NCBI GenBank assembly: GCA_903813345.2
Contig: CAIIXF020000001.1
Span: 20,894,001-20,958,000, forward strand
Direction of reading: 5' to 3'
Source of the DNA: Owenia fusiformis
Lineage: Eukaryota
DNA length: 64,000 nt
In this document: piece after piece, positions 13,011 through 24,648 of the stretch
How the letters are laid out: every line of letters begins with the position of its first letter
How positions within the stretch are numbered: position 1 is the stretch's first letter
The notes under the pieces: model-generated
Told to the model about the DNA's origin: nothing
What the model saw: the letters and a program-made list of their open reading frames with translations, nothing else
Databases searched by the model: none
Made by a program: the position numbers and the translations under genes

Positions 13011-15658
13011 CTTACTGCATAAACTTGTTACATATAGATAGAAATAACAAAGTATTTAGCGTTTAATTAGGCGAGAACAAGAAACAAATTGCAACATGTC
13101 ACCACCCAATGATGTGTCGAATTTGATACTCCTCTCAAAATAAACAAACCACGAAACGTCACTTTTTATCGAACCTTTCCAACCTTTCAAGTATGGACCG
13201 CGCGATCCTTAAACGACCTAATGAGGAATCGAATATAAGAGAGTACAAGTGAGCTGTTGCTCAAACGAGGTATATATGCGATACGTGCGCTTACCTCATA
13301 TTTTAAGATCAGATGGTAAGTTTATCGCAAAATATGTTTACTAAAATGAGTTGAAAGGACCAAAATGAGCCATAGTTCCTTCCATCTCCCGTCCTTAACT
13401 TAGCAAATATTATCTTTTCTTGGTTGCCTAATTATAGAGACCACTGTTCCATCCAGAGTAATCTAATGGATTTTGGCTCAAATTAATTTCATATTTTGGT
13501 TGTCAATGTTTCTTCCTTGGCTTTTCCATCGTGCATGCGTATTTGAAAAGTAGAGACAATCAATGTAACATTAAATCAACAGTATCAGTGAGATTGCTCC
13601 GTTCTTTTTTACGAATAGGAGAAACTGATCGATCCCCAACTCTTTCATCTTGCCGCCTGTCTCTAGTTTTAACACTGAAATCAATGTCCAATCGATCGTA
13701 TAATGTAAAGAATATAAAGAAAGTACAATTTGTAGCTTTTAATCATGCATTTTTAGTAGTCTGCTTGCTTTAAAGTGGAAAGCGTTATCAATTCATAAGG
13801 GCGTTTATATATCTACGTAACAGTATTTGTAAACTTGTGAGTCTAAGTACGCTTCTGTTACAGTCTTGTGTTACCTGATTTACATAAAGATGCTGTGATG
13901 ATTGTGTTTGCCAATAACTTTAATGTACCATAAAAATGAGCATTGATGAGGTTCACTGACACTTAGAACTTAGCATTGGTAAGTTGCAGCATCATTGTAA
14001 ACCACACCTTCTCTTTGACGGACCAGTCAATGCCGTTGGTCGCGACGATGATGCGTAGGCCTACAAGCATTCATTTCAACTGTAACAATTTCGCAAGCAT
14101 CATTCAATAACCGAATTAATCTTTTTTTCAATTTACCTCCAGTCTTCATTTATGTTCATGAACTGTGCCTTGCCTCAAAGCAACAGTGAACATAACAGGC
14201 CCAGTTGCCCAGCGGACACCATCCACTGCACTCCTTTAAAATATATCATAGCATTCATTACCTGAGACTATTATGATGGTCTTAATCATTACATAGCATA
14301 CTGCTCCATACCCTAAAACGGAAAAGTTACTTTGCTTTCAAACTCAGTGGTCTGTCTGAATATGTTCAGGTTTTGAGATTAACCCTCGTCCAATTTACAA
14401 AGATTTCCTACCAACACAGGTATCCTAAACATTCATGGCTCAATCATCGTCTCGTTAAGTAATTTGTACTGATTGATTAACCAGTTCAACTGGCCCCTTG
14501 ACAGAAATAACAAGCAACTAACGTCAATGATACATGTAGCAGATTCAGGAATACCTTCCAAGCATTTTTTCTGCAATACTCAGGGTGAAACCTGACAAGA
14601 TGAAATGTTTCTAGTTTTTTGACAGATTTTTCGTCTGCTGACATCGAAACCGAGGCTTGCTGGGTAACTTAATTGATTCTGTTTCAACTTATTATAAAGG
14701 GATCTACATTCTAAGATTTTGTTTTTCTTTCAATATTTTTCTAAACGTGGTAAGAAAACAAGAAGTCCGTGTTTCGGGAACTTTAGGTGCAATGATGACT
14801 ATTTAGATGTGACCTTGTACTTTGCAAGAGATCAGGAATACCTGAATATCTATGTTATTTTTCAATAGTGAGAAAAAATCAGCCTATCAAATTTGAAAAA
14901 TAACAAAAAGCAGAAATAACAAAATAAGAAAAAGTGGCCATCATGGTTCTCCTTTATTTTGGTAGGCTACTTGCAGAACCAAATTATCCTGCAAATAAAC
15001 GACATTTCTTAGATAGAATCTTCATCGTTCAAAACTTTCGGAATGTCTTCAGTTTACTGTGAGAAATCAACAGCACGACTCAGTTGCGAGTAGTCGTATC
15101 AATAACAGCTTCTGACAGTCACTTCCCTCTGGCCAGAAAACTCTTGTACCATCTGATCGGGTATCAGATTTATTAATACAAAATCACTATAATTTCCTAT
15201 CTCAAACGTCATTTTTCGTCTTTCTCACATCTAAAAAGTTTATACAATCAGTTATCTAAATACAATTAGCCAAATTACCAGTCAAAATTAAGGGGAAAAA
15301 TTCATTCACGTAGGAGCATCCGAAATTCGACCTGTTAAGTCTACAATAGAGTGATATACTGACAGACGTTTTGATAGTGTTATAATCTAAAGTATTAATA
15401 TATGGGATAATGATAGGCTGTAATACAGGAGTTTAGCCATAGCTATATAGTTGAAAATACTCTATAAACAGCCAATAGATGTCTAGCCCATTTTCAGGAA
15501 AAGAATCTTAGGCCTAAAGCAGTTCTCCATTGAGTTAACATGTAAAACATCACATTTATACTATGATTTTAACATCATATTGCTACCATTTCTGTTTCCT
15601 CATTCATTTAGAAAATCAACTGATCTTTAGGTAAGATCTTATTTATCATTGGTATGAA

Positions 15659-16296
15659 GTTTTTTAGTCTTTTAAAAGAATGAAAATAATGGAAAATAAA
15701 GATAGATATTGGCTATTTTGTTTAAAATATTTGGCTTGATGTTGGTCAGCTTAAATCACCAAAATGACCTGGGGTCAATAAGTTTATATAGCCACCAGTA
15801 AGATACTGCTTGTTTTAAGTGCAGCTTGAATTACAATGTTTACTATTGTCCACATACTGATACAGGATAAAAGGTTAAGTTAACTAGATAGTTAGAGATC
15901 ATTCAGATAGTTTTATAACTAATCCCAAATAATTTATTCGCAGTCTCAGAAACTTTCGGAGTGTTAACACAGCAAGTTACTAGCCCATTACCAAACCTAG
16001 AGGAAGCATCATCTCCAAGTTGCGGTTATATTATATTAGAAGAAAATGACAGATATAGTGATGATGATTTTAACACGGATATAAATTGTAAAAAATGTTA
16101 CAATAGGTTAATGATAACATCAAAGCTTCAAAGACGTATTATGCAACTTGAAAAACAGTTATCGGAAAAATCTAAGAATTCAAGTAAATCTCCCTGTGTG
16201 AATGAAGAACTTCTCACTAATGTCTAAAATGTGTTGACGTTTTTTAGTCTTAAAAGAATGAAAATAATTGAAAATAAAGATAAATATTGGCTATTT
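15659..16296. repeat. About 58-bp direct repeat pair
   Basis: ttttttagtctt..aaaagaatgaaaataat.gaaaataaagata.atattggctattt at about 15659-15718 and 16239-16296. Confidence 0.85.
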
Positions 16297-19200
16297 CTCC
16301 AGACATTTTTATTAACGAAGACTACGAAATGTAATTATATGTTAGATATCTTGTACTTTCAGAAGAAATACTAAGAAGAAAGTAGATTAACTAATTCACA
16401 TGTAATATATGGCCCCGCTGTAGTGACCCTTGACCAATTAGTCATTTTCCAGTTATATAACAGCTGGGAAAGATATATCTTTGATGTCTTTAAATAGATA
16501 ACAATCCATCATGACCTATGGCCCAAGAATTTTTTTAAATAAAAATAATTTTTTCAAAGAATCAAAGAAAAGGGTATAAAATCTAGAGAATCCCCATACC
16601 TTGTATGTTAAGTATTTCCTGAACTTTTATCATATGACTGCCATCTATAAATGGAATTAGCCAAGGCTAAAAGGGCTTATTAAGAGAGCAAATAGGCAGT
16701 ACATACACCATCCATCAGCCTGGCAAGTCTGGCTCTGATCTATGTACATTAGAAAGTGATCCTGGCGATGAACCATCGCTATAAACTGATTTACTCGACT
16801 CCAGCGGGACCACCGGCGTATTCCACTAGCTTGTAGCAAAACAAACATATTGGCATATCATTGTCTTTAATTAAATGATCTGTCCATATCTGATCTGACA
16901 GGGTAAGATGAGAAGCAAGAATGGAAGCTAGAATCAGAAGATGCACTTCACTTGCCGACTGGATATTGTCTGTGAGTGGAATTACTCCTAAGATAATAAT
17001 GCACTATATATTGGTGTATGTATCAAAGCTGTTGAGCCGAATAACTCATCTCAAGCCTCAAACAGAGGAAATTATAAAAAGATGAAACACACGTTTTATT
17101 AAGACGGCACTCTAGAATGAAGATGAACATTATGTTTCTCATATTATGGTATCTTATACTCCTCAATACGAGCCAAAAACTCTCGATGGCGTCAGACGCT
17201 CTTTAAAACGTCGGGCGCATCTTCCCCACCCGCTCGCTACTGTATACATTAAAGTATCGTAGGGGCCGAGATAGCTAAACATCCCCTATCTCTAAAGCAT
17301 CTATGATTTCAACGTTATCTCAGGTGTGGATTGCTGTGGGAAAATGAGCTTGATTCCCTAAGATGTATTACATGTTAATCGCCGTGTTTAGGATTCGATG
17401 TATCGCACCTGGGAGTGTTGATTCTGAGATGATCTCGATCGCCTATGATTCCTTTGGTGAAAGTTCAACTTACCTAAGAACAGCCAAAATATTGTGTTAA
17501 GTTGATAGGGGTTTAGGTGAATAGTTACTGTGTTGAACGATAACACAGGAGGTATCGTTGGGTATTTGGTTAGATACCTTTTCCCCGGGCACTATATAGG
17601 GAACGTTTTTTATGTTTTGGAATGCATTAAAGTTACTTATCCGGTTTGTCTTGGTACACAATAAGTACATCATTTCCGTGTCAAGATCATCTAAAGCACA
17701 TCGTTTATTTGTACTATGTACTTTTGCACAAAAGTCAATGTCTTAATGAATTTCTCAGTACATACCTTAAAGTATTTATACTAAATACAGTAGGGCAAAC
17801 ATTATATAATTTAAAAGAATGGTGGTTTACAAAAGTCACTAGTTCCAATTCAACAGAAATGTTCATACAGACTCATACAAACCCTTGGCACCATAGTTAT
17901 GTAAATTCCATTTTGGACATTACAATTATACATTTTATTCCGGACCTAATGAATAATCTTAAAAGAAAAAGAAAATGCTAAACTGACAAAACACGTTTCC
18001 AGTTTCCCAGTGTACTTTATACCTTATTCAAACACCTTAGTAATTTAGAATTAACTATTTTGGCGCGCATTCGAGGAAAATATTCTTACGGAAAATGAAA
18101 ATTATACAAACAGACGCTACACAAATTGTGTAACTAAATATGTCCAAACTTGGTTCAGATGGGGTCTATTCTATTTTAGGGGATTTAGGTTATTATCAGT
18201 GCAATTGACGTTACAAATATCTAAAATCTGCCATTTGAGTATTAAGTATTAAAATTTTCTTTTGCCATATCAACAATTTTATCTTTTATGAGATTTGTGA
18301 CTATGTGTTGACAGGGAAAGTCTTTTCTATCAGATAGTATATTGTTTGTCGAAAGATGAGAAAGATTTGTATAACATCATATTTTGGAGCCGAGCAAATA
18401 CCAGTTTCTTGAATCAATTTGCTGATAGATCAACTTAATTAAATCCATTTGTTCTTTTGCATAATACAGTTGAATAGAAAATTGATAAAATGTGACTTCA
18501 TGAAAAATGATATTTATCTAATTTGATTGGGGCATGATGTTAGACGGAGTGGTAGTGTCAAAATGCTTGTTTTAGGCATAGTATTGGTAACAGGGAGATA
18601 TTCTTCACTCCGAAGTGTGTGAAGACTGATATTTCTCGTACCCTAACTAAATTACGAAGGGTTTAATCTATAATCACACAAATATATGGCACGCCTAAAG
18701 AAACCTATGATCCGTTCAATTAGGGCAAATCTGAGACAAATATTATCTTTGGTCACATTTGTGTATTAGAAATTCGGAGATTATTGTTAAAGACATGTTT
18801 GAGGGCGTATTTGAATAAATGAGAGGTTTTTTCTTTGGGGCGGTGATTTGCATTGATGTTTCCATGTGGAACGCCCGGTGGAACGTATGCCCCCATGGAC
18901 TGGGTGTGTCAGAAGGGTAGTATTACATTAGATGTTTTAGATAAAGAGTATTTTCAAATAAATATTCTTCTCTTTTTAATGTTGTTTTGCATTGCATAAA
19001 ATTCAAACAACCATAGGCAGTAGATGCTAATGTAAACGTCGGAACTAAATCGTGGGGATGAAGTGTGATTGCTTTTGACGTTCCAATTTGCATTTATAAG
19101 GAAAAATCTGACTAAGTCTTGGTGTTTAAGACTAAATATAGGCCTTCTAAAATTTTAAATTTTATCAATTTCTGTTCGAGGCTGGGAATATTATTTGTGT

Positions 19201-20045
19201 GTGAGTAAGCATATCAGTTAATATGCCATTTTTGTAAACGATACATACCAAATCTTTTGTTAGGAGAAATGGTAGCCCTGCCCAAGTCGGTGTCTTTTTA
19301 TTTTTTTTAATTTCATTTTCAAGATAAAAATCAAGATAAATAAAAGATAATACCGACTTCGACAAGGCTAGATAAATGTATTACTGGAGAAATTATAATC
19401 GGGTTCTCTTCTGCCATATATGGGTGTAGCCAACGTTAGCTAAAGTTATGTCCTCATGGCGCGCGAGCTGCTGTCTATTGTACAACCTCAGGTTCTAGGG
19501 CTTATACCTACCACCCTGTTTTACCACCATTGCTATCTGATACTATCCAAAGCTGGCATTGCCTTTAGGATGTAAACCTTTTATCCACTTCACTTTCAAC
19601 ATATAACATTCATTTCCGATAAATCCTTCAAGAAATTACATTAAACGATGATTTCAAGAATCAATTTAGGCCGAAACTATCTGTTTAATTCCTGGAGGCT
19701 CAATATTTGGGCGAACTGCAATATGGAAACACTTAGGTTGATGGTAACATCTGTCACTTTGCAAAATACATGGTGGGTCTAATGTAGTATTTTATCCCGG
19801 TGGAGCGTCGTCATGATATATTTAAATTGAAGGTCTACAGGAACCCCGGAGTATTTGTGTCTAATTATCTATATTCATATTGAATGTACATACCTGACAT
19901 CTATACAAGTATAGTGTACAACTGTACAAAAAGACACATTCCTGGGTGAATACTCTTTGATTTACAGTCCATCATTCCCCATTGATTTAATTTACTTTGA
20001 CTTATAAAAAGTAGGCTTTTGAAGTGTGTTAAAATTAAGAAACAT

Positions 20046-21163
20046 AGACCGAAGAGCAGGTATTATATCGACGAATACATGCCGCAGGGCTAGGCACAAA
20101 CGTTTTCTGTACCCCGAATGAACGACCTAAGGGAGTGAGGGATTCGAAAGCTTTTGTGCCTAGTCCTAAGGTATTTATTACTCGATATGGTACCTGCTCT
20201 GAGGTCTACACTCCCCTCCATAAGTTTGGCAACCCTAACTCCCCCATTGGATTACATGCTAAAGCCTATTTATGTTTGAATTCTTATTTCCATAATCTGT
20301 AAAGAAAAGTCTAGTTTTAGGGCTTGAAATATTAATTGACATCATTTTGAATACCTCCAATTTTTTCAACAATCACAATAGGTCGGATATTGATGACAAA
20401 TCTGATGAAGTTTCAAAAATCGACACTCCCATGTTAAACCAATGGGAACTGATGGGTTTGTCGCTGCAGTCGCAAGTCGATATGACAGAGTATCCATCTA
20501 TCTGAATTCTCGCAAAAATACAAGTTAGGTAAAAAATTAACTTTCTTAAACAAAAAATGATATGTTTCTTCACGTTCAAAAAATTTATATCTCTCCGAAG
20601 TCAAAATTACTTTTCAAAAAACCTCTCCCACTGAAATAACACAGGCGAAAAATGATTTTCAAAAATGACTTTGAAGCTCTGTAACTTTAATGTTCACAAA
20701 GTAACTTCACACTTAGCGGACCAAAAAGTTAGACAATTCAATCTTCTATATAAAAATATTTTTAGTGAAGCATTTAATGAATAGATATCCAGAAATCTGA
20801 TTTGCCTAGAACCCACCATTTCCCATTGGTTTACATTGGAATGACAATTTTCAAAAATTCATCAAATTTGTCATCAATTTTCGACCTATTGTAATTGAGA
20901 AAATTAAAAGTAAACGGAAATGAAGTCAAGTTACAATTTACTAGTACTGGTATTCTCTTTTATCATAAGTATTTCATCGCTAGTTAAATAACATTTGTAA
21001 ATGAAAATTCAAACATGAAAAGGCTCTAACACGTAGTCCAATGAGGGAGATAGGGTTGCCAAACAAAGGCTTTCGAATCCCTCACTCCCTTCGGTCGTAC
21101 AAAAAACGTTAGTGCCTAGCCCTGCTGTATTTATTCATCGATATAATACCTGTTCTTCGGTCT
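20046..21163. mobile_element. Two inverted copies of a hairpin element flanking a MITE
   Basis: 20046-20207 is itself an imperfect palindrome (agaccgaagagcaggta...tacctgctctgaggtct); 21069-21163 is the reverse complement of 20046-20151 with a roughly 10-bp deletion. Confidence 0.8.
20209..21064. mobile_element. Tc1/mariner-type MITE, right end truncated
   Basis: TA|cactcccctccataagtttggcaaccctaactcccccattggattac... pairs with ...gtagtccaatgagggagatagggttgccaaac (21006-21064); outer 15 bp of the right TIR missing; related end at 41024. Confidence 0.8.
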
Positions 21164-22644
21164 TTATTTCTGAACTCGTCAACATACCTCGCATGTTGAG
21201 ATTTAGAAATGATTTAAGAAATTGTTGGTTTTTCAGCTTTGGCTTTAAAACAGACTTGAATCCAAACATGAGGGACTTTGTTTCAAAACTAATGGAGGCG
21301 AGAGTAGCAGTTATCGATTAAAGGATTTAAGCCCGAGACCGTCAATGAATTGTAGGATGATTTAGACAACGTATGTCTTGTTTCCAGACTTTGAACGAGA
21401 GTCCGAATCCAAAGTCTAGGCTACAAGATATGAGTGAATTAACGTTTTCTGATTCTCATAAAATAGAAATGACAAGGAATGAAGACAGATATGAAATACA
21501 TCTTTATTTACAGTTGTGATATAACTATTTATAAATTAATTACACATTTCCAAATTATTTGCCAGCTGTACCAGAGTCATACCTGAAAAAGTTGTAAGTT
21601 ATACTGAATACCTGACATCTATTAAACGCAATTTTAACACATATACGTATATATCATGGATTTATATCCAAAATCTGGTTATAAAATAGCGATAACTCTT
21701 TGATTAGAGTGACATCTATCAATAGACCATATGATATGAAGGAATATTTCTTTTTTTGCTTTTGAAAATGGAATAGTTGAATACTATTCTCAAGTATTTC
21801 GCAGCACCCCTTCTAGGCTATACGTCTAATAACTCGTTAATAACGACATGAATCAATCTGAAATAGATTTTTTTCATTTCACAATTTCTAGGTTTTATGA
21901 TCAGTTGCACAATAGAATTAAACTTTCACAAGAAGAAGGATCCCAACCATGTAACCAATATAAACAAGGAACGCCTTATAAATCTGATCTTACAGGATAA
22001 ACAGATAAAACTTTAACATTGCGTTTCTTTGTATCGATTTGAGCCACAAAGGGCTACCCAAATTCTACGAGAACCAACAGTAAAAACTGATCATGAATGA
22101 CAACATAAAAATCTTGATCTATGTTGTAAATGTGACGTGTAGCCAAGTCGATGCGAAATGTATCTGTCCTTTGCATTTCTGACAGTTCCTAAACTAAGAT
22201 GTATTCGTGCTGCGAGATCCCATGATACAACATCGGCATTGGAGCAAGTCGCTTCCATATCCAGCAATCGTAATGTTAAATCGGACATCACCTTATCTCC
22301 TAACTGGTACTATTACTGAGATTTCGTATCAACACTTTAGTCTACTAAATTATTGTTTAAAACTCATATATGTGAGCGTTAATGCAGGGGCATTTCATAC
22401 AGCCTATAAACACCGCCCTTTCATTAAATGTGTTTTCTGGTTTCCTTAATTTCGCCAATTTCTTAAGAAATTGATGGATAATTTGAAGATTATATGATCA
22501 GACACATAAACATGGCATATACCACATAAGTTTCTCATATTTAGTTGTTTTTAGTTGCTGTTTTTTGTTGAACCATATATTACGTACATGGATAACGTAT
22601 TTTATTTACAAGTAGGCTGCATCTTGTATTAGACCAACATAGCA

Positions 22645-24582
22645 TCAAGTTTCACTAGAGCTGCTAAGAACACTTCTTATCAGATGTGTTGACAGCTCTC
22701 CTGATAAAGAAAGTGACCGGAGATTTCTGGATTTGCATACATTCTTTGTGAGATCATAGCTGTAGGTTAGTCGCACACCACAGTTCTCTGTCGCCTCTCC
22801 TTGTGTGAAATACACAGTATCCATGTTAGCTATGTACACCATTTTAAGCTGCTTGTCGTTGCCTATAAACTTTGGGGGGCTTTCGTTGATGATATCTTCA
22901 TCATTGTTCGGATTACCCTCCAGAATAAGGGTGGTCCAGAAGTCCTTTTTTGTTCTGTAGATGTTTATTGCGAGATTATCCTTGTTCTCTGCGTTGAGAA
23001 CAAGTATGTTGTCATCTCGGGTTTGGAGTCTCCATTCTTTTCTCGGGGCTTCGCTTTGTCTTGAACGTCGGTATCGCGCAAGCATTGGTGCCTTGTTTTG
23101 CCACCAGGAATCTTCAGAGACCAGATTAAATATTTGAAATAGTTTCATAAGATTCCCTGGCCCCTGTCCGCCCAAGACGTACAAACTATCGCCGACACAC
23201 GTGAACCCAACATCGCACGGCTGTTGGGACAAATCAGTTACGTTTGGTAAAAGAGGTACATTCCATAGAATACACCATTGGTCGTTCTCTGCCTCGTACT
23301 CATAAAAGCCATCATCTGAATGCCCAGGGTCGATCGTCATACACATCGCTATTATGTTTCCATTTTTCTCAGCCAGATAGATATCATCAGAGTTTGATGG
23401 AATGTCTGCACACCTCATCCAGGAGTTGGTATCTAACTCGTACTTAACCAAGAGAGCCGGTTTTCCTTGTTCAGCAACGATAGGGCCTTGGGTTAAAGGA
23501 CAAAACACACAGAATAGGATTCCACATATCACAACACACGAGCTTTGATTCATTAGACACATTGAGTTATATCCGGTTGGTATGGGCGGGGGAGCTAACG
23601 TGTACCATCTATCATGGTCGTTGACATAGCATATGAAGCATGGCACTCCTTCGTCCTTCATCTTCTGCTCACTGGGTACAAACGAAGAAATGCAATACAC
23701 GATATCTTCTTTATTGGAATATCTTGGAATTGTTCTTGCTGATTGAAGGAACGACTGACTTTCTTTCTTAAGCTGATACATCACTGCTTCGTCAACATAG
23801 CCAAGTGCTATTGCATTCAACTTTGGTTGGTCAATGAAAAATTTTCTCAACAAAGAGATGGTGCTAGCAAGCTCGGTCCCAGACATGAGTGGGAAACGTA
23901 TTTCTTCAAGGAGTAAGGTGATATTTTCAAGATCTATGCTATCACTGTTGTGTACAAGCCAGTACAAAACGGCGTCCAAAATATCACTTTCCATCCCCTT
24001 CAATTGACTTGAACTTATAATGGATAATAGAACTTCGTAGCTTATCTGGGCAAAGTTTTGTTCAGGAATTCTGTAAATGTTTGTAAAGTCTCTCAGGATA
24101 TTAATACGTGTCGTTTCTTTCAACTTGACTAGTTTATACGCATCAGCTGCACAGAGAAGTTCAAAAACACTGCATTTAATTTCTGTAACCGATTCTACAA
24201 CCGCACTTAGCTGTCGTCGGAGAAAGCCATCGCATTTGTCCTTCAGTGCGGGAATGCATAGATATTCAGCAATATCCAAGACATCAAATATGACATCAAA
24301 ATCAAAGTCAACGTCCCTGCCATATATGTACTCAAGAGCAATGTTAAATGCCTTGCTATTTAGTCCATTAAGACTAATTACATTGTTCCGACACTCCTCA
24401 AAAGAATCGCTACTGAATATTGTGCGAAAATATTGACTATGAGTTGCCAGAACTACCTTGTGGGCATTGTATGATTTACTGTCTGCTAATATTTCGACAT
24501 CACAAAGGAAACCACTGTTTCTATCTTCGTTAAGTTTACAAAATACTAGTTCCTTACTTGCTCGTTTCTTAGATTTCGGCAT
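22645..24582 (-). CDS. BTB-BACK protein with divergent Kelch-like C-terminal repeats (KLHL/KBTBD-like, putative CUL3 adaptor), single coding exon, 645 aa
   Basis: BTB: LCDVEILAD..YNAHKVVLATHSQYFRTIF; BACK: ESDILDAVLYWLVH..LLEEIRFPLM; Kelch-like: YELDTNSWMRCADIP, VGDSLYVLGG, WQNKAPM. Confidence 0.93.
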   Translation of the reverse strand: MPKSKKRASKELVFCKLNEDRNSGFLCDVEILADSKSYNAHKVVLATHSQYFRTIFSSDSFEECRNNVISLNGLNSKAFNIALEYIYGRDVDFDFDVIFDVLDIAEYLCIPALKDKCDGFLRRQLSAVVESVTEIKCSVFELLCAADAYKLVKLKETTRINILRDFTNIYRIPEQNFAQISYEVLLSIISSSQLKGMESDILDAVLYWLVHNSDSIDLENITLLLEEIRFPLMSGTELASTISLLRKFFIDQPKLNAIALGYVDEAVMYQLKKESQSFLQSARTIPRYSNKEDIVYCISSFVPSEQKMKDEGVPCFICYVNDHDRWYTLAPPPIPTGYNSMCLMNQSSCVVICGILFCVFCPLTQGPIVAEQGKPALLVKYELDTNSWMRCADIPSNSDDIYLAEKNGNIIAMCMTIDPGHSDDGFYEYEAENDQWCILWNVPLLPNVTDLSQQPCDVGFTCVGDSLYVLGGQGPGNLMKLFQIFNLVSEDSWWQNKAPMLARYRRSRQSEAPRKEWRLQTRDDNILVLNAENKDNLAINIYRTKKDFWTTLILEGNPNNDEDIINESPPKFIGNDKQLKMVYIANMDTVYFTQGEATENCGVRLTYSYDLTKNVCKSRNLRSLSLSGELSTHLIRSVLSSSSET

Positions 24583-24612
24583 GTTTATGCAGATTGCTTT
24601 CCAAAATAATTT

Positions 24613-24648
24613 AAATATGGCGGCGGACTAGATATAAGCATGACGTCA
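24613..24648. promoter_or_regulatory. YY1-like and CRE motifs just upstream of the BTB-Kelch start
   Basis: aaatatggcggc (24613-24624) and tgacgtca (24641-24648), 31-66 bp from the ATG; could belong to an adjacent repeat. Confidence 0.35.

Noticed and set aside
14255..14330. Peptide YDGLNHYI reminiscent of a piggyBac C-terminus
   Set aside because: Too short; the expected Cys-rich domain and TTAA-CCC ends were not found.
22801..24436. Plus-strand ORFs of 67-119 aa
   Set aside because: Antisense shadows of the BTB-Kelch CDS.
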